Shown in pieces: positions 37,291 through 46,944 of a stretch of 64,000 bases of DNA (its first letter is position 1; each line of letters opens with the position of its first letter). This DNA comes from Spirochaetales bacterium (GTDB lineage: Bacteria; Spirochaetota; Spirochaetia; SZUA-6; DRHE01). Below the pieces are notes generated by a model. That model did no database searches and was not told the origin of the DNA. It saw only the letters and a list, made by a program, of their open reading frames with translations. The stretch lies in the NCBI GenBank assembly GCA_030615505.1, contig JAUWZD010000007.1, positions 4,702 to 68,701 of the forward strand, given 5' to 3'. Position numbers and translations under genes: made by a program.

Positions 37291-39242
37291 AAGTCTCCTG
37301 CTTTGAGTGCTGCAATTCCTTTCTCCGTTATCAGGCGAAGATCTCCTGATCGTTGGGTAACACCCTCACTATCATATATAGCTAGTAATAACAGGCATAT
37401 TTTCCTGTTACCTTTAACAAGGTTACGAAACTCTGCCACTGTCATACCCTCTTTCCGGCAGGCAAGAGCCTTCAGCAACATCTTTCTGCATCGATCTACT
37501 AAAGAGGCATGGAGGTAACTATCATCTATAAAATAGACCTCCTTCTTTTCAACAAGATAGCGCAGGATATTGTTCAGCCCCTTTTCATCAATATCCTGGC
37601 TTTTCGCGGCAAGAATAAGTTCGGACATAAGGGGGGCCTTCATTTTGCAACTCTTCAGAAAATTTGCTACAAAACTTATCTGGCGATTCAATTCCTGCTC
37701 AATGTCTACTGAGTGATTATTTAGTGCCCAGGTATGTTCAACCTGTTTCAACTTCCCCTCCGCTTCCAGTTTATTAAGTAAAAGATGTAGAAAAACTTCT
37801 GCCGGGCAATCACGATCTATCCTCAATATGCCCATAAGTTCTTCGGTTGTACGTCCTCTCTTAACAAGCGGGTTTCTTCTGTGAAAGGAAGCAATATTTT
37901 TCAACAGCTGTTCCTCTAATCTATCGCATTCTCTCTTTACAATTAGATAGATATTGTCGCCGTAAGTAGAGCAGAATAGATCTTCCGGCAACGAGTTGGA
38001 AACTACTGCGTGCACCTGGTTGGGTGAGACATTCAGTAGATCAGCGATCTCCCTGTGTGTAACCACGCTTAAGCGCTTTCTTACTTCCAAAGCAACAAGT
38101 TCCTGGAGTTTTCCTTCAGCAATCCTGGTCATGCTTTCAATCAATTTTCCAGAACGCCGGCGGTGAAGCAGAGGGAATGTATCAATTACCACACCTCCCC
38201 CAAGAGTTATATCACTCGATGTATTCCGGATTACGAACCTATCACCCCATTGGACATTGAGGGGGTCTTCCAGATGTATCTGAACAAGGGCAGTGTTTCC
38301 CCCGGTTAACCTATCACAATCAATCAAGTGGACTCTTGCCTGTTGTTCATATGTACCAAGATGAAAAATCACCAGGTTCCATAATTTAGTGAAACTGCGA
38401 TTATGATGAAAGAGACGCAGTCTGGCATCCAGCATTTTAGTATGACGAAGAATACGGTCTGAGATGATCATACCTCTTTTAAAATCCTGGCGGGTAAGAC
38501 CTACAAGGTTTATTGCTGCCCTGTCACCAGCAACTACCTCTTCATCTTCTTTTCCGAAGCATTCAATCCGCCTCACTCGCAGCTTCTTTTCTCCAGGTAA
38601 TAGGTAAGCCGTATCACCCACACGCAGGGTACCGCCTATCACTGAGCCGGTGACAACCGTTCCAAAGCCCCTCACACTGAAGATCCGGTCAATAAACATC
38701 CTGAAAATCTCACCCACTGGTCTATCAGTAATTCGTGATGCTACCTGGTTAATACATTCCCTTAACTGATCAAGACCATCACCATTGATTGCAGAAACTT
38801 TTACAATCGGGCAATTCTCCAGAAAGGTTCCGGAAACAAGTCCTTTTATCTCATCCTCGGCCAAGTCGACAATCTCAGGTTCAACCAGATCAATTTTCGT
38901 TATTGCCACAAGTCCACTTCGTACGCCCAGTACGTCCATAATCTGAAGGTGCTCATGTGTTTGGGGCATCACACCACTATCTGCCGCAACAACCATCAGG
39001 GCAAAATCCAAACCACATGCACCTCCAACCATTGTATGGACAAAATCGCGATGACCTGGAACGTCTATAATGCCGATTATGTCACCAGAAGAAAGAGCTA
39101 AATACGCAAAACCCAGATTTATTGTTATCCCGCGCTTCTTCTCCTCCTGGTGAGTGTCACAGTCAATTCCTGTCAACGACTTTATTAACGCCGTTTTCCC
39201 ATGGTCAATATGGCCTGCGGTACCCATAATAAGGTGTTTCAA
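37284..39242 (-). CDS. selB: Selenocysteine-specific elongation factor SelB
   Basis: MGTAGHIDHGKTALIKSLTGIDCD...ITINLGF...DVPGH (EF-Tu-like G domain), then winged-helix C-terminal domains; 652 aa. Confidence 0.9.
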   Translation of the reverse strand: MKHLIMGTAGHIDHGKTALIKSLTGIDCDTHQEEKKRGITINLGFAYLALSSGDIIGIIDVPGHRDFVHTMVGGACGLDFALMVVAADSGVMPQTHEHLQIMDVLGVRSGLVAITKIDLVEPEIVDLAEDEIKGLVSGTFLENCPIVKVSAINGDGLDQLRECINQVASRITDRPVGEIFRMFIDRIFSVRGFGTVVTGSVIGGTLRVGDTAYLLPGEKKLRVRRIECFGKEDEEVVAGDRAAINLVGLTRQDFKRGMIISDRILRHTKMLDARLRLFHHNRSFTKLWNLVIFHLGTYEQQARVHLIDCDRLTGGNTALVQIHLEDPLNVQWGDRFVIRNTSSDITLGGGVVIDTFPLLHRRRSGKLIESMTRIAEGKLQELVALEVRKRLSVVTHREIADLLNVSPNQVHAVVSNSLPEDLFCSTYGDNIYLIVKRECDRLEEQLLKNIASFHRRNPLVKRGRTTEELMGILRIDRDCPAEVFLHLLLNKLEAEGKLKQVEHTWALNNHSVDIEQELNRQISFVANFLKSCKMKAPLMSELILAAKSQDIDEKGLNNILRYLVEKKEVYFIDDSYLHASLVDRCRKMLLKALACRKEGMTVAEFRNLVKGNRKICLLLLAIYDSEGVTQRSGDLRLITEKGIAALKAGDLF

Positions 39243-39291
39243 TTTTTCACCTCAACACTAATGGATAATACTCTTAAAAAATAATGAATTC

Positions 39292-40716
39292 TTAGCCCAG
39301 AGATTTAATCGATTCCGAGATTGAATGAGCTATATATTCAATATCTTCCTCAAATACAGTCAATACATCAAAAACAATCTTACCTTCGCGCAACACCCCA
39401 ACAATGGGACGTTCAAGGCTAAGGAGTCTCTTAAAAATTTGCTCGGCAAAGCTCAACTCATGCTCACCTTCTCTATTCTGCGGCAAAACTTCTACCGCGG
39501 CACTCTTAAGTCTAACAGCAGGTAATGTTCCGCCACCGCATTGGCCCTCGCTTGCATTCAGCCGGGCAGAGATTTCAAGGCTTGATAGTTCTTCAAGAAG
39601 TCTTGAAGCAATGGATTTCAGTTCCCCCTGACTCCTATCCAAAATGGCAAAAGTCGGGCAGGAAGAGGAGAGTTTTTTATCATCGAGATATTGCCTGCAC
39701 ACACTTGAAAGAGCTGTGAGTGTTAATTTTCCAACCCGTACAGCCCTCATAATTGGAGAACGGCTGAGACGCGAGATCAATAAAGCTTTGCCTGCAGCAA
39801 TTCCTGCCTGCGGACCGCCTAAGAGTTTATCGCAACTAAATGTCACAATGTCAGCGCCGGATGCTATCGCACTGCGGACATCCGGTTCATTCTGTAGAAG
39901 TATTCCCTTTAGCTTACTGAGAAGTCCTGAACCAATATCATACACCATTGGCAAATTATGCGTATGTGCCAGATGCGATAAATCTTTTACCGAGACTTCT
40001 TCAGTGAAGCCGGTTATTGTGAAGTTGGATCTATGGGCTTTGAAGAGTAATGCTGTTCGTGGAGTAATCGCTTCCTCGTAGTCAGAAAGACGAGTCTTGT
40101 TCGTTGTTCCAACCTCGACCATATGGACACCACTGGCTTCAATGATCTCTGGAATACGAAATGAGCCGCCAATTTCTATCAGTTCCCCTCTTGAAATAAT
40201 TACTTCACGATCGCGGGCCAGGGTATTGAGGACAAGGACTATAGCTGCGGCATTGTTGTTAACAACCACAGCATCTTCTGCCGAGGTTAGGAATTTCAGT
40301 ATCTCAACAACATGCTTGTTCCTGCTGCTGCGACAGGCATACTTAAGGTCATACTCTAAATTAGAATAGCCTTTAGCAACCTGTGATATATCATTTATGA
40401 CTTCCTGCCCCAGAGGTGCTCGACCAAGATTCGTGTGAAGCACCACTCCGGTTGCATTAATCACCGGCTTAAGTGACTGTCCTGAGATGCAGCTCACCAG
40501 GTCCTCAATATCTGAAATAATGAGCTCCATTGTGCAGGTGTTTTTACCATCCAGGATACTATCTCTGAGGCGCTTTATCACTTTGCGGGTGGCATAGGTT
40601 ATAAGCTCACGGCTGTTTTTATTAATCAATCCCCTTATAATGGGATTGTTTAACACCAGGTTAACGCTGGGTAAACTTCTTAAGTTTTTATTCTCAGGCT
40701 TAATGTTACTGGTCAT
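39292..40716 (-). CDS. selA: L-seryl-tRNA(Sec) selenium transferase SelA
   Basis: VINATGVVLHTNLGRAPL signature; PLP-fold region ...IVTFSCDKLLGGPQAGI. Confidence 0.9.
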   Translation of the reverse strand: MTSNIKPENKNLRSLPSVNLVLNNPIIRGLINKNSRELITYATRKVIKRLRDSILDGKNTCTMELIISDIEDLVSCISGQSLKPVINATGVVLHTNLGRAPLGQEVINDISQVAKGYSNLEYDLKYACRSSRNKHVVEILKFLTSAEDAVVVNNNAAAIVLVLNTLARDREVIISRGELIEIGGSFRIPEIIEASGVHMVEVGTTNKTRLSDYEEAITPRTALLFKAHRSNFTITGFTEEVSVKDLSHLAHTHNLPMVYDIGSGLLSKLKGILLQNEPDVRSAIASGADIVTFSCDKLLGGPQAGIAAGKALLISRLSRSPIMRAVRVGKLTLTALSSVCRQYLDDKKLSSSCPTFAILDRSQGELKSIASRLLEELSSLEISARLNASEGQCGGGTLPAVRLKSAAVEVLPQNREGEHELSFAEQIFKRLLSLERPIVGVLREGKIVFDVLTVFEEDIEYIAHSISESIKSLG

Positions 40717-40740
40717 GTGTACAACTGGTTTCTGATAGTA

Positions 40741-40834
40741 ACAGAGAGGGCAGGAATCGAACCTGCCGCGGAGGGTTTTATCCGCCCGCTACTGGTTTTG
40801 AAGACCAGCCGGAACACCAGTTCCATCCTCTCTA
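40741..40834 (-). tRNA. selC: tRNA-Sec (selC), anticodon UCA, ~94 nt, long variable arm; ends approximate
   Basis: Minus strand reads tagagagg-at-ggaactggtgttcc-g-gctggtCTTCAAAaccagt-agcgggcggataaaaccctccgcgg-caggttcgattcctgc-cctctctg. Anticodon loop cTTCAAAa (TCA) with a 6-bp anticodon stem, 4-nt D-loop, long extra arm and TTCGATT T-loop. 25 bp upstream of the selA start. Confidence 0.75.
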
Positions 40835-40877
40835 TGATAAATCTAATAGCCCATATTGCTTTGGGCCAGGTTGAATG

Positions 40878-41090
40878 TCAAGGGAGATCTTTATCTTCAC
40901 CTTTTGACTCTGTCTGTGGGGTGTCTTCTTGTTCAGAATTAGACTCCTCATCCATTCCCTCCAGTGAGTGCCTGAATTCCCTTATACCCTTAGCTATAGC
41001 CCGGCCAATCCCGGGTAATTTTTTAGGGCCTAATACTATAAATCCAATAATCAAAATAACAATTAATTCAGGCATTCCAATACCAGACAT
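40878..41090 (-). CDS. tatA: Twin-arginine translocase TatA/TatB-family protein
   Basis: MSGIGMPELIVILIIGFIVLGPKKLPGIGRAIAKGIREFR, the canonical TatA TM plus amphipathic helix; acidic C-terminal tail. Confidence 0.8.
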   Translation of the reverse strand: MSGIGMPELIVILIIGFIVLGPKKLPGIGRAIAKGIREFRHSLEGMDEESNSEQEDTPQTESKGEDKDLP

Positions 41091-41109
41091 ATCTCGTAAC
41101 TCCTGTATT

Positions 41110-42843
41110 TTAAATTAATTCTTTAGAAATGCCGCTTAGCATTCCTTGAATAACCCGGAACACATTAAAGCGAAAGAGCTTTACCGGCCACTTCATTTCA
41201 TTTTTTTTACACATGGTCGAATGATCCTTAAAATTATATTGACTCATTATTTTTTTTATCCCCTGCTCAAGCCTGGGATTATCTCCAAACGAAAAAATAT
41301 TATCAATCGCCTCTATCATCTCCTTTTCCCGTTCAATTCTTTCCTCAATTTTCTCAGCCTCCCTCTGGCTTAATATCCCATATCTCAGCTTCAGCCGATT
41401 AAGCTCAAAAGCTGCTTCGTATGTGCTGGATACCAATTCATCACGACTCATCCACTCTGTCTCATAATTAAGTGTGTATTTCCAACTTGGAGAAAGTTGC
41501 GCCTGACGGTGCTCTGCCAGAGTGCGATGAAATATCCTGTAACCAAACTTTTCAGGGCTCTCAAATGCCCTGCTTCCCGGGTCAAGAAACGGGGCAAGAG
41601 GTGAGATATAGGGATGAATTCTCCCGTTACTGTCTCGGCAGTACTTTTCCATTAAATTGCCACAGTATCCGATAGTTTCCTTAACTGATTGTGGTGTTTG
41701 ACCAGGCAGCCCAATCATAAAAAAGATATCCACCCTTTTACATCCCAATTCCAATGCATCTTTGAGGGTCCTCTCAAGGGATGCATTGTCATAATCCCTC
41801 CCGAGCTTCTTTCGTATTTTTTCATCATGTGATTCAGGTGAAATTTGAATGTTAAAGTTAGGAATGGCGGCCGCCACCGTCTCCAGAAACTCCTTAGACG
41901 GCGGAGAGAATAATTCAAAAGCTAGATGATTTTTAATCTTCCATTCCTTGATTTTATTCAGTAGATCTCGAGCATAATCAAAGCCGGCCTGCAGAATATC
42001 TCCTACTATGATAATCGGTGCGTTAAGATAGCCTGCTATCAATCCAATATCCTCTGCTACAAGGTGCGGGCTTCGATATGCCGGGGAGCTTCTTCCACAG
42101 ATGCTCTTATATGCACTTGCCGAACCGCCGCATATTAGGCAATTATGAACACAGCCCCGGCAATTTAAAGCAGCCACAATGGGATAATTTAACCATCCCC
42201 TGAAAGGCAGATGACCCAGGAGGTCTAGATGCCGGGCAGAAGACCTCATAATGCTCCTGTAATCGAATGGTATCCCGTTTAAATCTACAGGCAAATGGGA
42301 GAGCTCATTTATCCGAACCTGACCATCTTTCTGCCAGGTGAGATTGGATACATCTTCCAAAGAGCTTTTCTCTTTAACCGATGCTAAAAGCTGGCGCAAT
42401 GGCTCTTCTGCCGAATCACCCCTGATAACATAATCAACCTGAGGGTACAGGATTAGCTCCTTATGGTAATAAGAGGAAGTGAAACCACCGAAGATGACCG
42501 GTATTTCCGGATGATACTTTTTAACTATTCTGGCCAGTTCTAAGCTGCCCTGTGCATGAACCAACCAGTGCAAATCTATACCAAAGCTCAAGGGATTTAA
42601 TGATTTAATCAATTTCTCTACACTGAATCTGCGGTTTCTTAACATCCTGAGGGCTACATTAATTATGCGTACTGAATAACCTTGTCTCTGGAGATACTCC
42701 CGTATGGTCATAAAACCAATGGGATACATCTCAAATATCTGTGTCGAAGGAACCACATCACTGACGGGACCGTACATAACTGATTTTTCTCGAAAATCAT
42801 AGACACTCGGTGGATGAAGTAGAATTAAATCCGTCCTGGACAT
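41110..42843 (-). CDS. B12-binding-domain radical SAM protein (class B radical SAM-like)
   Basis: N-terminal Rossmann-like B12-type region (VIFGGFTSSYYHKELI...), then CRGCVHNCLICGG (CxxxCxxC radical SAM cluster motif); 577 aa. Confidence 0.65.
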   Translation of the reverse strand: MSRTDLILLHPPSVYDFREKSVMYGPVSDVVPSTQIFEMYPIGFMTIREYLQRQGYSVRIINVALRMLRNRRFSVEKLIKSLNPLSFGIDLHWLVHAQGSLELARIVKKYHPEIPVIFGGFTSSYYHKELILYPQVDYVIRGDSAEEPLRQLLASVKEKSSLEDVSNLTWQKDGQVRINELSHLPVDLNGIPFDYRSIMRSSARHLDLLGHLPFRGWLNYPIVAALNCRGCVHNCLICGGSASAYKSICGRSSPAYRSPHLVAEDIGLIAGYLNAPIIIVGDILQAGFDYARDLLNKIKEWKIKNHLAFELFSPPSKEFLETVAAAIPNFNIQISPESHDEKIRKKLGRDYDNASLERTLKDALELGCKRVDIFFMIGLPGQTPQSVKETIGYCGNLMEKYCRDSNGRIHPYISPLAPFLDPGSRAFESPEKFGYRIFHRTLAEHRQAQLSPSWKYTLNYETEWMSRDELVSSTYEAAFELNRLKLRYGILSQREAEKIEERIEREKEMIEAIDNIFSFGDNPRLEQGIKKIMSQYNFKDHSTMCKKNEMKWPVKLFRFNVFRVIQGMLSGISKELI

Positions 42844-42862
42844 ATATCCCTATTTTTCTCCT

Positions 42863-43747
42863 CTAGTGAAATATCCTGTTTCCAACCAGGATTGATTCCA
42901 TTACCCCACTGTATGCTAAAGAGATCTCAGTATGGGCCGAAAATCCACATCTTTCACAGGAAATCTCCCCGCGGTTCTTAACATAACAGCCCTGGGTGAG
43001 CTTTCCGTCCGGGTCCACGCTGGCAATCATCCACGGATGACACCTCCAGCGGTTGTTTTTCAATGCCTTAAGACAGGCGTAAGAATCTGCTATGGGCAGC
43101 CCCTGTTTTTTCAAGCTTATAAGATTTTCCAGAACCATCATCCGCTTATTAAATGGTAGAAATAGGTCCTCTTCTACCTCCTGGTATGGATAATGAAATT
43201 GGACGGTTATTCCCTTTACCTCCGTTGAAAGGAATTTCACCAATTCCGGTACTTCTTCCCAGTTGAGGGAATTAATGGTTATATGGGCGAAGATTTTGGG
43301 ATGAGAAGAGCTCCTTATATTAGAGATAATCTTATCAAAGCTCTCACCACGAAGGTAGTCGTGCGTTTTTTTTAAGCCGTCTATACTTACCCAGATATTA
43401 TTAGCATTAACATCCAGAGGAAATGTCCCGTTTGTTGTTATTCCCACATTAAAGAAAAGCCTTCTTGCCTCTCTCACAATATCCTTAATGTCATAGCCGG
43501 CTTCTTCCCATAGGAACGGCTCTCCTCCTTCAATAATTAATATTCTAACGCCATGCTCATAAAGCTTATTCAAAGACTCCATTGCCATGGAAAAGGAAAT
43601 ACTCTTCTTCTCCTTTTTCCAGAAAGGGCAATGTCTGCATTTGAGATTGCATTTATGGGTAAGCTTTATTCCTGCTAAAAGAGGCCTTTTAATATTAAAA
43701 AAGCGGCTTTTTACATAGTATAAGAAATAGTATGCATACCAGGCCAT
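42863..43747 (-). CDS. Radical SAM protein with SPASM/twitch-like C-terminal Cys motifs
   Basis: LTHKCNLKCRHCPFW (CxxxCxxC). C-terminus CHPWMIASVDPDGKLTQGCY...CERCGFSAH. Confidence 0.7.
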   Translation of the reverse strand: MAWYAYYFLYYVKSRFFNIKRPLLAGIKLTHKCNLKCRHCPFWKKEKKSISFSMAMESLNKLYEHGVRILIIEGGEPFLWEEAGYDIKDIVREARRLFFNVGITTNGTFPLDVNANNIWVSIDGLKKTHDYLRGESFDKIISNIRSSSHPKIFAHITINSLNWEEVPELVKFLSTEVKGITVQFHYPYQEVEEDLFLPFNKRMMVLENLISLKKQGLPIADSYACLKALKNNRWRCHPWMIASVDPDGKLTQGCYVKNRGEISCERCGFSAHTEISLAYSGVMESILVGNRIFH

Positions 43748-43792
43748 CCGTGTTAAGAGTTTCAGCGTTAACGGCTTATTGCCCTACCCCTT

Positions 43793-43963
43793 ATCATTGG
43801 TTGGTTCTTTAATCTCACCACTAATTTCCTGGCCCGCTTTTTTAAATTCCTTGATCGACTTGCCCAGAGAACGTGCTATCTCAGGAATCCTTGCCGCCCC
43901 AAATACAAGTAGGGCAATACCGAAGATCACAATCAGCTCCGTCAATCCCAATCCACCTATCAT
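43793..43963 (-). CDS. tatA: TatA/TatE-family protein (second copy; not in the supplied ORF track, read from the minus strand)
   Basis: Manual translation: MIGGLGLTELIVIFGIALLVFGAARIPEIARSLGKSIKEFKKAGQEISGEIKEPTNDKG. The plus-strand ORF 43779..44042 is its shadow. Confidence 0.7.
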
Positions 43964-44087
43964 ATCTCTTTACCAACCTTTCTCTATATTTAATATCAGC
44001 CGCTTTCTGCGGGAATATTATTTTAACCATATCTATCTTTAATATCTAAATCTTTTTACTTCCCCTGTCAAGAGCCTCATAGAGCAT

Positions 44088-45014
44088 CTATATTTTTAAA
44101 GCCCCGGCGATTATATAGCTGCAAGACAGGAGGAGTCCACTCATAAGATGGATAGCTATAGTCCTGCTCATAGCAGGTATCAATTTTCTTCCTGCTTTGT
44201 AGTTAATCCTTGCCAATCTGGCTGCTTTCCAGGCCAGGGGAACGGTAAATAGAGCCATAAGGCTCATCCAGGGGATTATTCCTAATAAAATTGCTAATAT
44301 TATAACCAGGAAAGTAAAAATCAACAGGAGATAAAAGCCTTTAATTGCCCTTTCCGGTCCCATTCGGACAATGAGTGTATCTTTCTTTGCTGCTTTATCG
44401 CAAATATAGTCCGGGAATTGGTTGATATAAAGGATAGCTGTTATCAGGAGACCCACCGGTATGGAGATAACCAATGCTTCTAAACTAAAGCTTTGTGTCT
44501 GAACATAGTAGGAACCCGATAACACCAGGGGGCCGCAGTTTAGACCTGCCAGGAACTCACCCCAGCCCCGATATCCAATTCTTATTGGTGATGCGGTATA
44601 GAAATATCCGGATAAAACTCCTATGATGCCAATTATTAATATCGCCCAGCCGCGAGCATAGCTTAGATATAAGCCAATCAAAATGGCCAGAGCGAAAAAG
44701 AATATTGCAGCCAGGTAAATCTTCTCTTGTGATATGAGTCCTTCCTGGATTACACGGCTGCCTCCGCTAAAGGGGGTGAATTCTTTATTAATATCATCAG
44801 CACGACTCTTATGATCAAAGTAGTCATTGGCCAGATTCGTTCCTGCATTTACAAATACAACAGCCAGGATGGTTAACAAAAAGTACCCAGAATAAAATAT
44901 ACCGGTTCTGTACCAGGCAATTGCCGCTCCCAAGACTGTTGGTACTATTACTGCTTGAAAGAATGGCGCACGAAGTGCCTTTATCCACAATTTTAATGAT
45001 GATAATAGATCCAT
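44088..45014 (-). CDS. UbiA-superfamily prenyltransferase (MenA-like 1,4-dihydroxy-2-naphthoate prenyltransferase candidate)
   Basis: NLANDYFDHKSRADD (NDxxDxxxD-type motif), 8-9 TM helices, 308 aa. Confidence 0.65.
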   Translation of the reverse strand: MDLLSSLKLWIKALRAPFFQAVIVPTVLGAAIAWYRTGIFYSGYFLLTILAVVFVNAGTNLANDYFDHKSRADDINKEFTPFSGGSRVIQEGLISQEKIYLAAIFFFALAILIGLYLSYARGWAILIIGIIGVLSGYFYTASPIRIGYRGWGEFLAGLNCGPLVLSGSYYVQTQSFSLEALVISIPVGLLITAILYINQFPDYICDKAAKKDTLIVRMGPERAIKGFYLLLIFTFLVIILAILLGIIPWMSLMALFTVPLAWKAARLARINYKAGRKLIPAMSRTIAIHLMSGLLLSCSYIIAGALKI

Positions 45015-45892
45015 TATGCCTGTTCTGTCCTGAATAAAGAAATATCCCCTCCCCGGAATCCTTCCTTATCTGCAACAATATCCAGGGCTAAGGTAGATAA
45101 GGTCTCAACAAACAGGTTCATGATATTGTCCATCCTGCGAGAATCTATTGTCTTAATGTATCTTTTGCATTTATCGCACACATCTATTCTATGTGCTTCA
45201 TCACCTTCTGCAAAGAAGTACCTCAAAGATTCCTGATCATCGTTTTCACAGAAAGGGCAGACCAGTCTCTTAAACAACCACTCGGTATGGCATAGCGGAC
45301 AGAACAGCCATCTTCTACCTGTTTCTTCCTCTAATCTAGCTATCAGGGACTCTCTGCCGCAGATGGGGCAATACCCCCTGAGCCAGTTATTTGAGTCAGC
45401 AATTTCTGCTAACTTTTCAGCGTAGCTTGCAATAAAAGGAGATAAAGCCTGATTGACAAGAAAATAGAATATAGTGTAATCAATCTCCAAATCACCGGCT
45501 AAGCTCTCCAGGACTGATCCATCCTCCATAAGGCCTTTAATAAGCAGCCTATGCTGCTCAGCCAGAGAGGAGCTGTTAAAGGTTGCAGGTATTGCTTCTT
45601 CCCTCTTATTTCGAAGAATCTGGTGGATGTCCCTTAAGATTTTATCAAGAAGATGCGGGTCTATTTTGATATCTTCAGGACTTAAGAGAGGGATACCTTT
45701 TGAATTTCTGCTGCGGAATAAGTCATTGTTAGAAACACTCAAATCAGGTTGAAAGGATGATTGAACCTTCTTTTGAGCATTGAACGTGCATTCATAAAAT
45801 TCGAGAATCTCCTTTAATTCCGGCTTTACGGTCTTTAACTCAGCAATCTGAACCAGAGCTAAGCTATAAAAATCTTCCTCTGTCTTCTCCAA
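45014..45892 (-). CDS. fdhE: Formate dehydrogenase accessory protein FdhE-like
   Basis: CPICGRE...CPLCHTEW...CPFCEN...CDKCKRYIK, the four CxxC pairs characteristic of FdhE. Confidence 0.75.
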   Translation of the reverse strand: MEKTEEDFYSLALVQIAELKTVKPELKEILEFYECTFNAQKKVQSSFQPDLSVSNNDLFRSRNSKGIPLLSPEDIKIDPHLLDKILRDIHQILRNKREEAIPATFNSSSLAEQHRLLIKGLMEDGSVLESLAGDLEIDYTIFYFLVNQALSPFIASYAEKLAEIADSNNWLRGYCPICGRESLIARLEEETGRRWLFCPLCHTEWLFKRLVCPFCENDDQESLRYFFAEGDEAHRIDVCDKCKRYIKTIDSRRMDNIMNLFVETLSTLALDIVADKEGFRGGDISLFRTEQA

Positions 45893-46051
45893 TTATGTGA
45901 CCCCTTTATGCTATTACCTTCGAAATCTTGCGCCTTCAACACAAGAAATAATCAAGTCCAGCGCCCGAATATATTGTGTCGGACTTTTACTTATAAAACT
46001 TTGGTTGCGGCTGTATGCTGCGCTGGGCTAATAAAACAAAAATGAACTTTT

Positions 46052-46942
46052 CTATATATGCATTTGCCCGCCAATCAGTATTGCGTACCTAAGGAAGAAA
46101 CCACCCAATAGTACCAGAACAGAAATAAGCATCGATATTTGAGGACTCTTTGCTCCTCCCTTAAAACCAACAAGAAGGGGTACAACCAAACCCAGACCAA
46201 TAATGCCGATCCACCATAGAAGTCCGAATGCAGAACCGATAACAGCTTTCATTTGAGCGGAACCGATTCCAACAATGATGAAAAGGATAACTATAAGAAG
46301 CTGAAACACAATTAAGCGGCTGTTCATAATCTCTAATCTGGGAACATCGGAACCTATCTTGCTCTCCGGCTTGAAGACCTGTAAAACCGCCAGTATAAAA
46401 GCAACTGCCGCTATGCCCGTTACAATGGCAGATGAAACAAAAACCAGGGGAAGCAGCCAGTTGTTCCAGAGTAGATTGCTTGTCGCAGAAATTAGAATAC
46501 CGGTGTAAACTGTAACCAGCAGTGCAAAAGGCAACCCAACAACTCCAAGTACTTTCTTGAGTGTTTCAGCCCATTTGAATGGGTAGGCGAGAAGAGTGAT
46601 GACCAGGTATAGCAAAGATCCCAATATAAATATGGTCAAAAGCCAGGTACCGGTTGACATTGTGGAGCCAATCTTGAACATAAGCGATTCAACGCCAAGT
46701 GTCTCGTGTGAGCGCTTTAAAATCATCTCCCAGAAACGCCCCGGTTTACCCAGGTCAATAACTAAAAGAAGCACACCCAGGATCGCAGGCCAGGGAGCAA
46801 TTAAAGCCCCTGTTGTGCTTATTCTCCTGTACTTTCTTCCCCCAGCCAGATCAGCCACTACGGCCACCATAAAAACTGCGGCACCTAAACCCGCCGCAAA
46901 TAAGTCTAAAGCTACTGGTATACCCCAATTGTAATGTTCCAT
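46052..46942 (-). CDS. NrfD/PsrC-family integral membrane subunit (quinone-interacting subunit of the formate dehydrogenase)
   Basis: 296 aa, 8 predicted TM helices, N-terminal MEHYNWGIPVALDLFAAGLGAAVF typical of NrfD/HybB-like proteins; follows fdhB. Confidence 0.65.
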   Translation of the reverse strand: MEHYNWGIPVALDLFAAGLGAAVFMVAVVADLAGGRKYRRISTTGALIAPWPAILGVLLLVIDLGKPGRFWEMILKRSHETLGVESLMFKIGSTMSTGTWLLTIFILGSLLYLVITLLAYPFKWAETLKKVLGVVGLPFALLVTVYTGILISATSNLLWNNWLLPLVFVSSAIVTGIAAVAFILAVLQVFKPESKIGSDVPRLEIMNSRLIVFQLLIVILFIIVGIGSAQMKAVIGSAFGLLWWIGIIGLGLVVPLLVGFKGGAKSPQISMLISVLVLLGGFFLRYAILIGGQMHI

Positions 46943-46944
46943 AT

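Noticed and set aside
40717-41118. 133-aa plus-strand ORF spanning the selA upstream region
   Set aside because: It overlaps the tRNA-Sec gene and the tatA gene on the opposite strand and has no conserved features.
43779-44042. 87-aa plus-strand ORF
   Set aside because: The minus strand here encodes a textbook TatA (MIGGLGLTELIVIFGIALLVFGA...), so the plus ORF is its antisense shadow.
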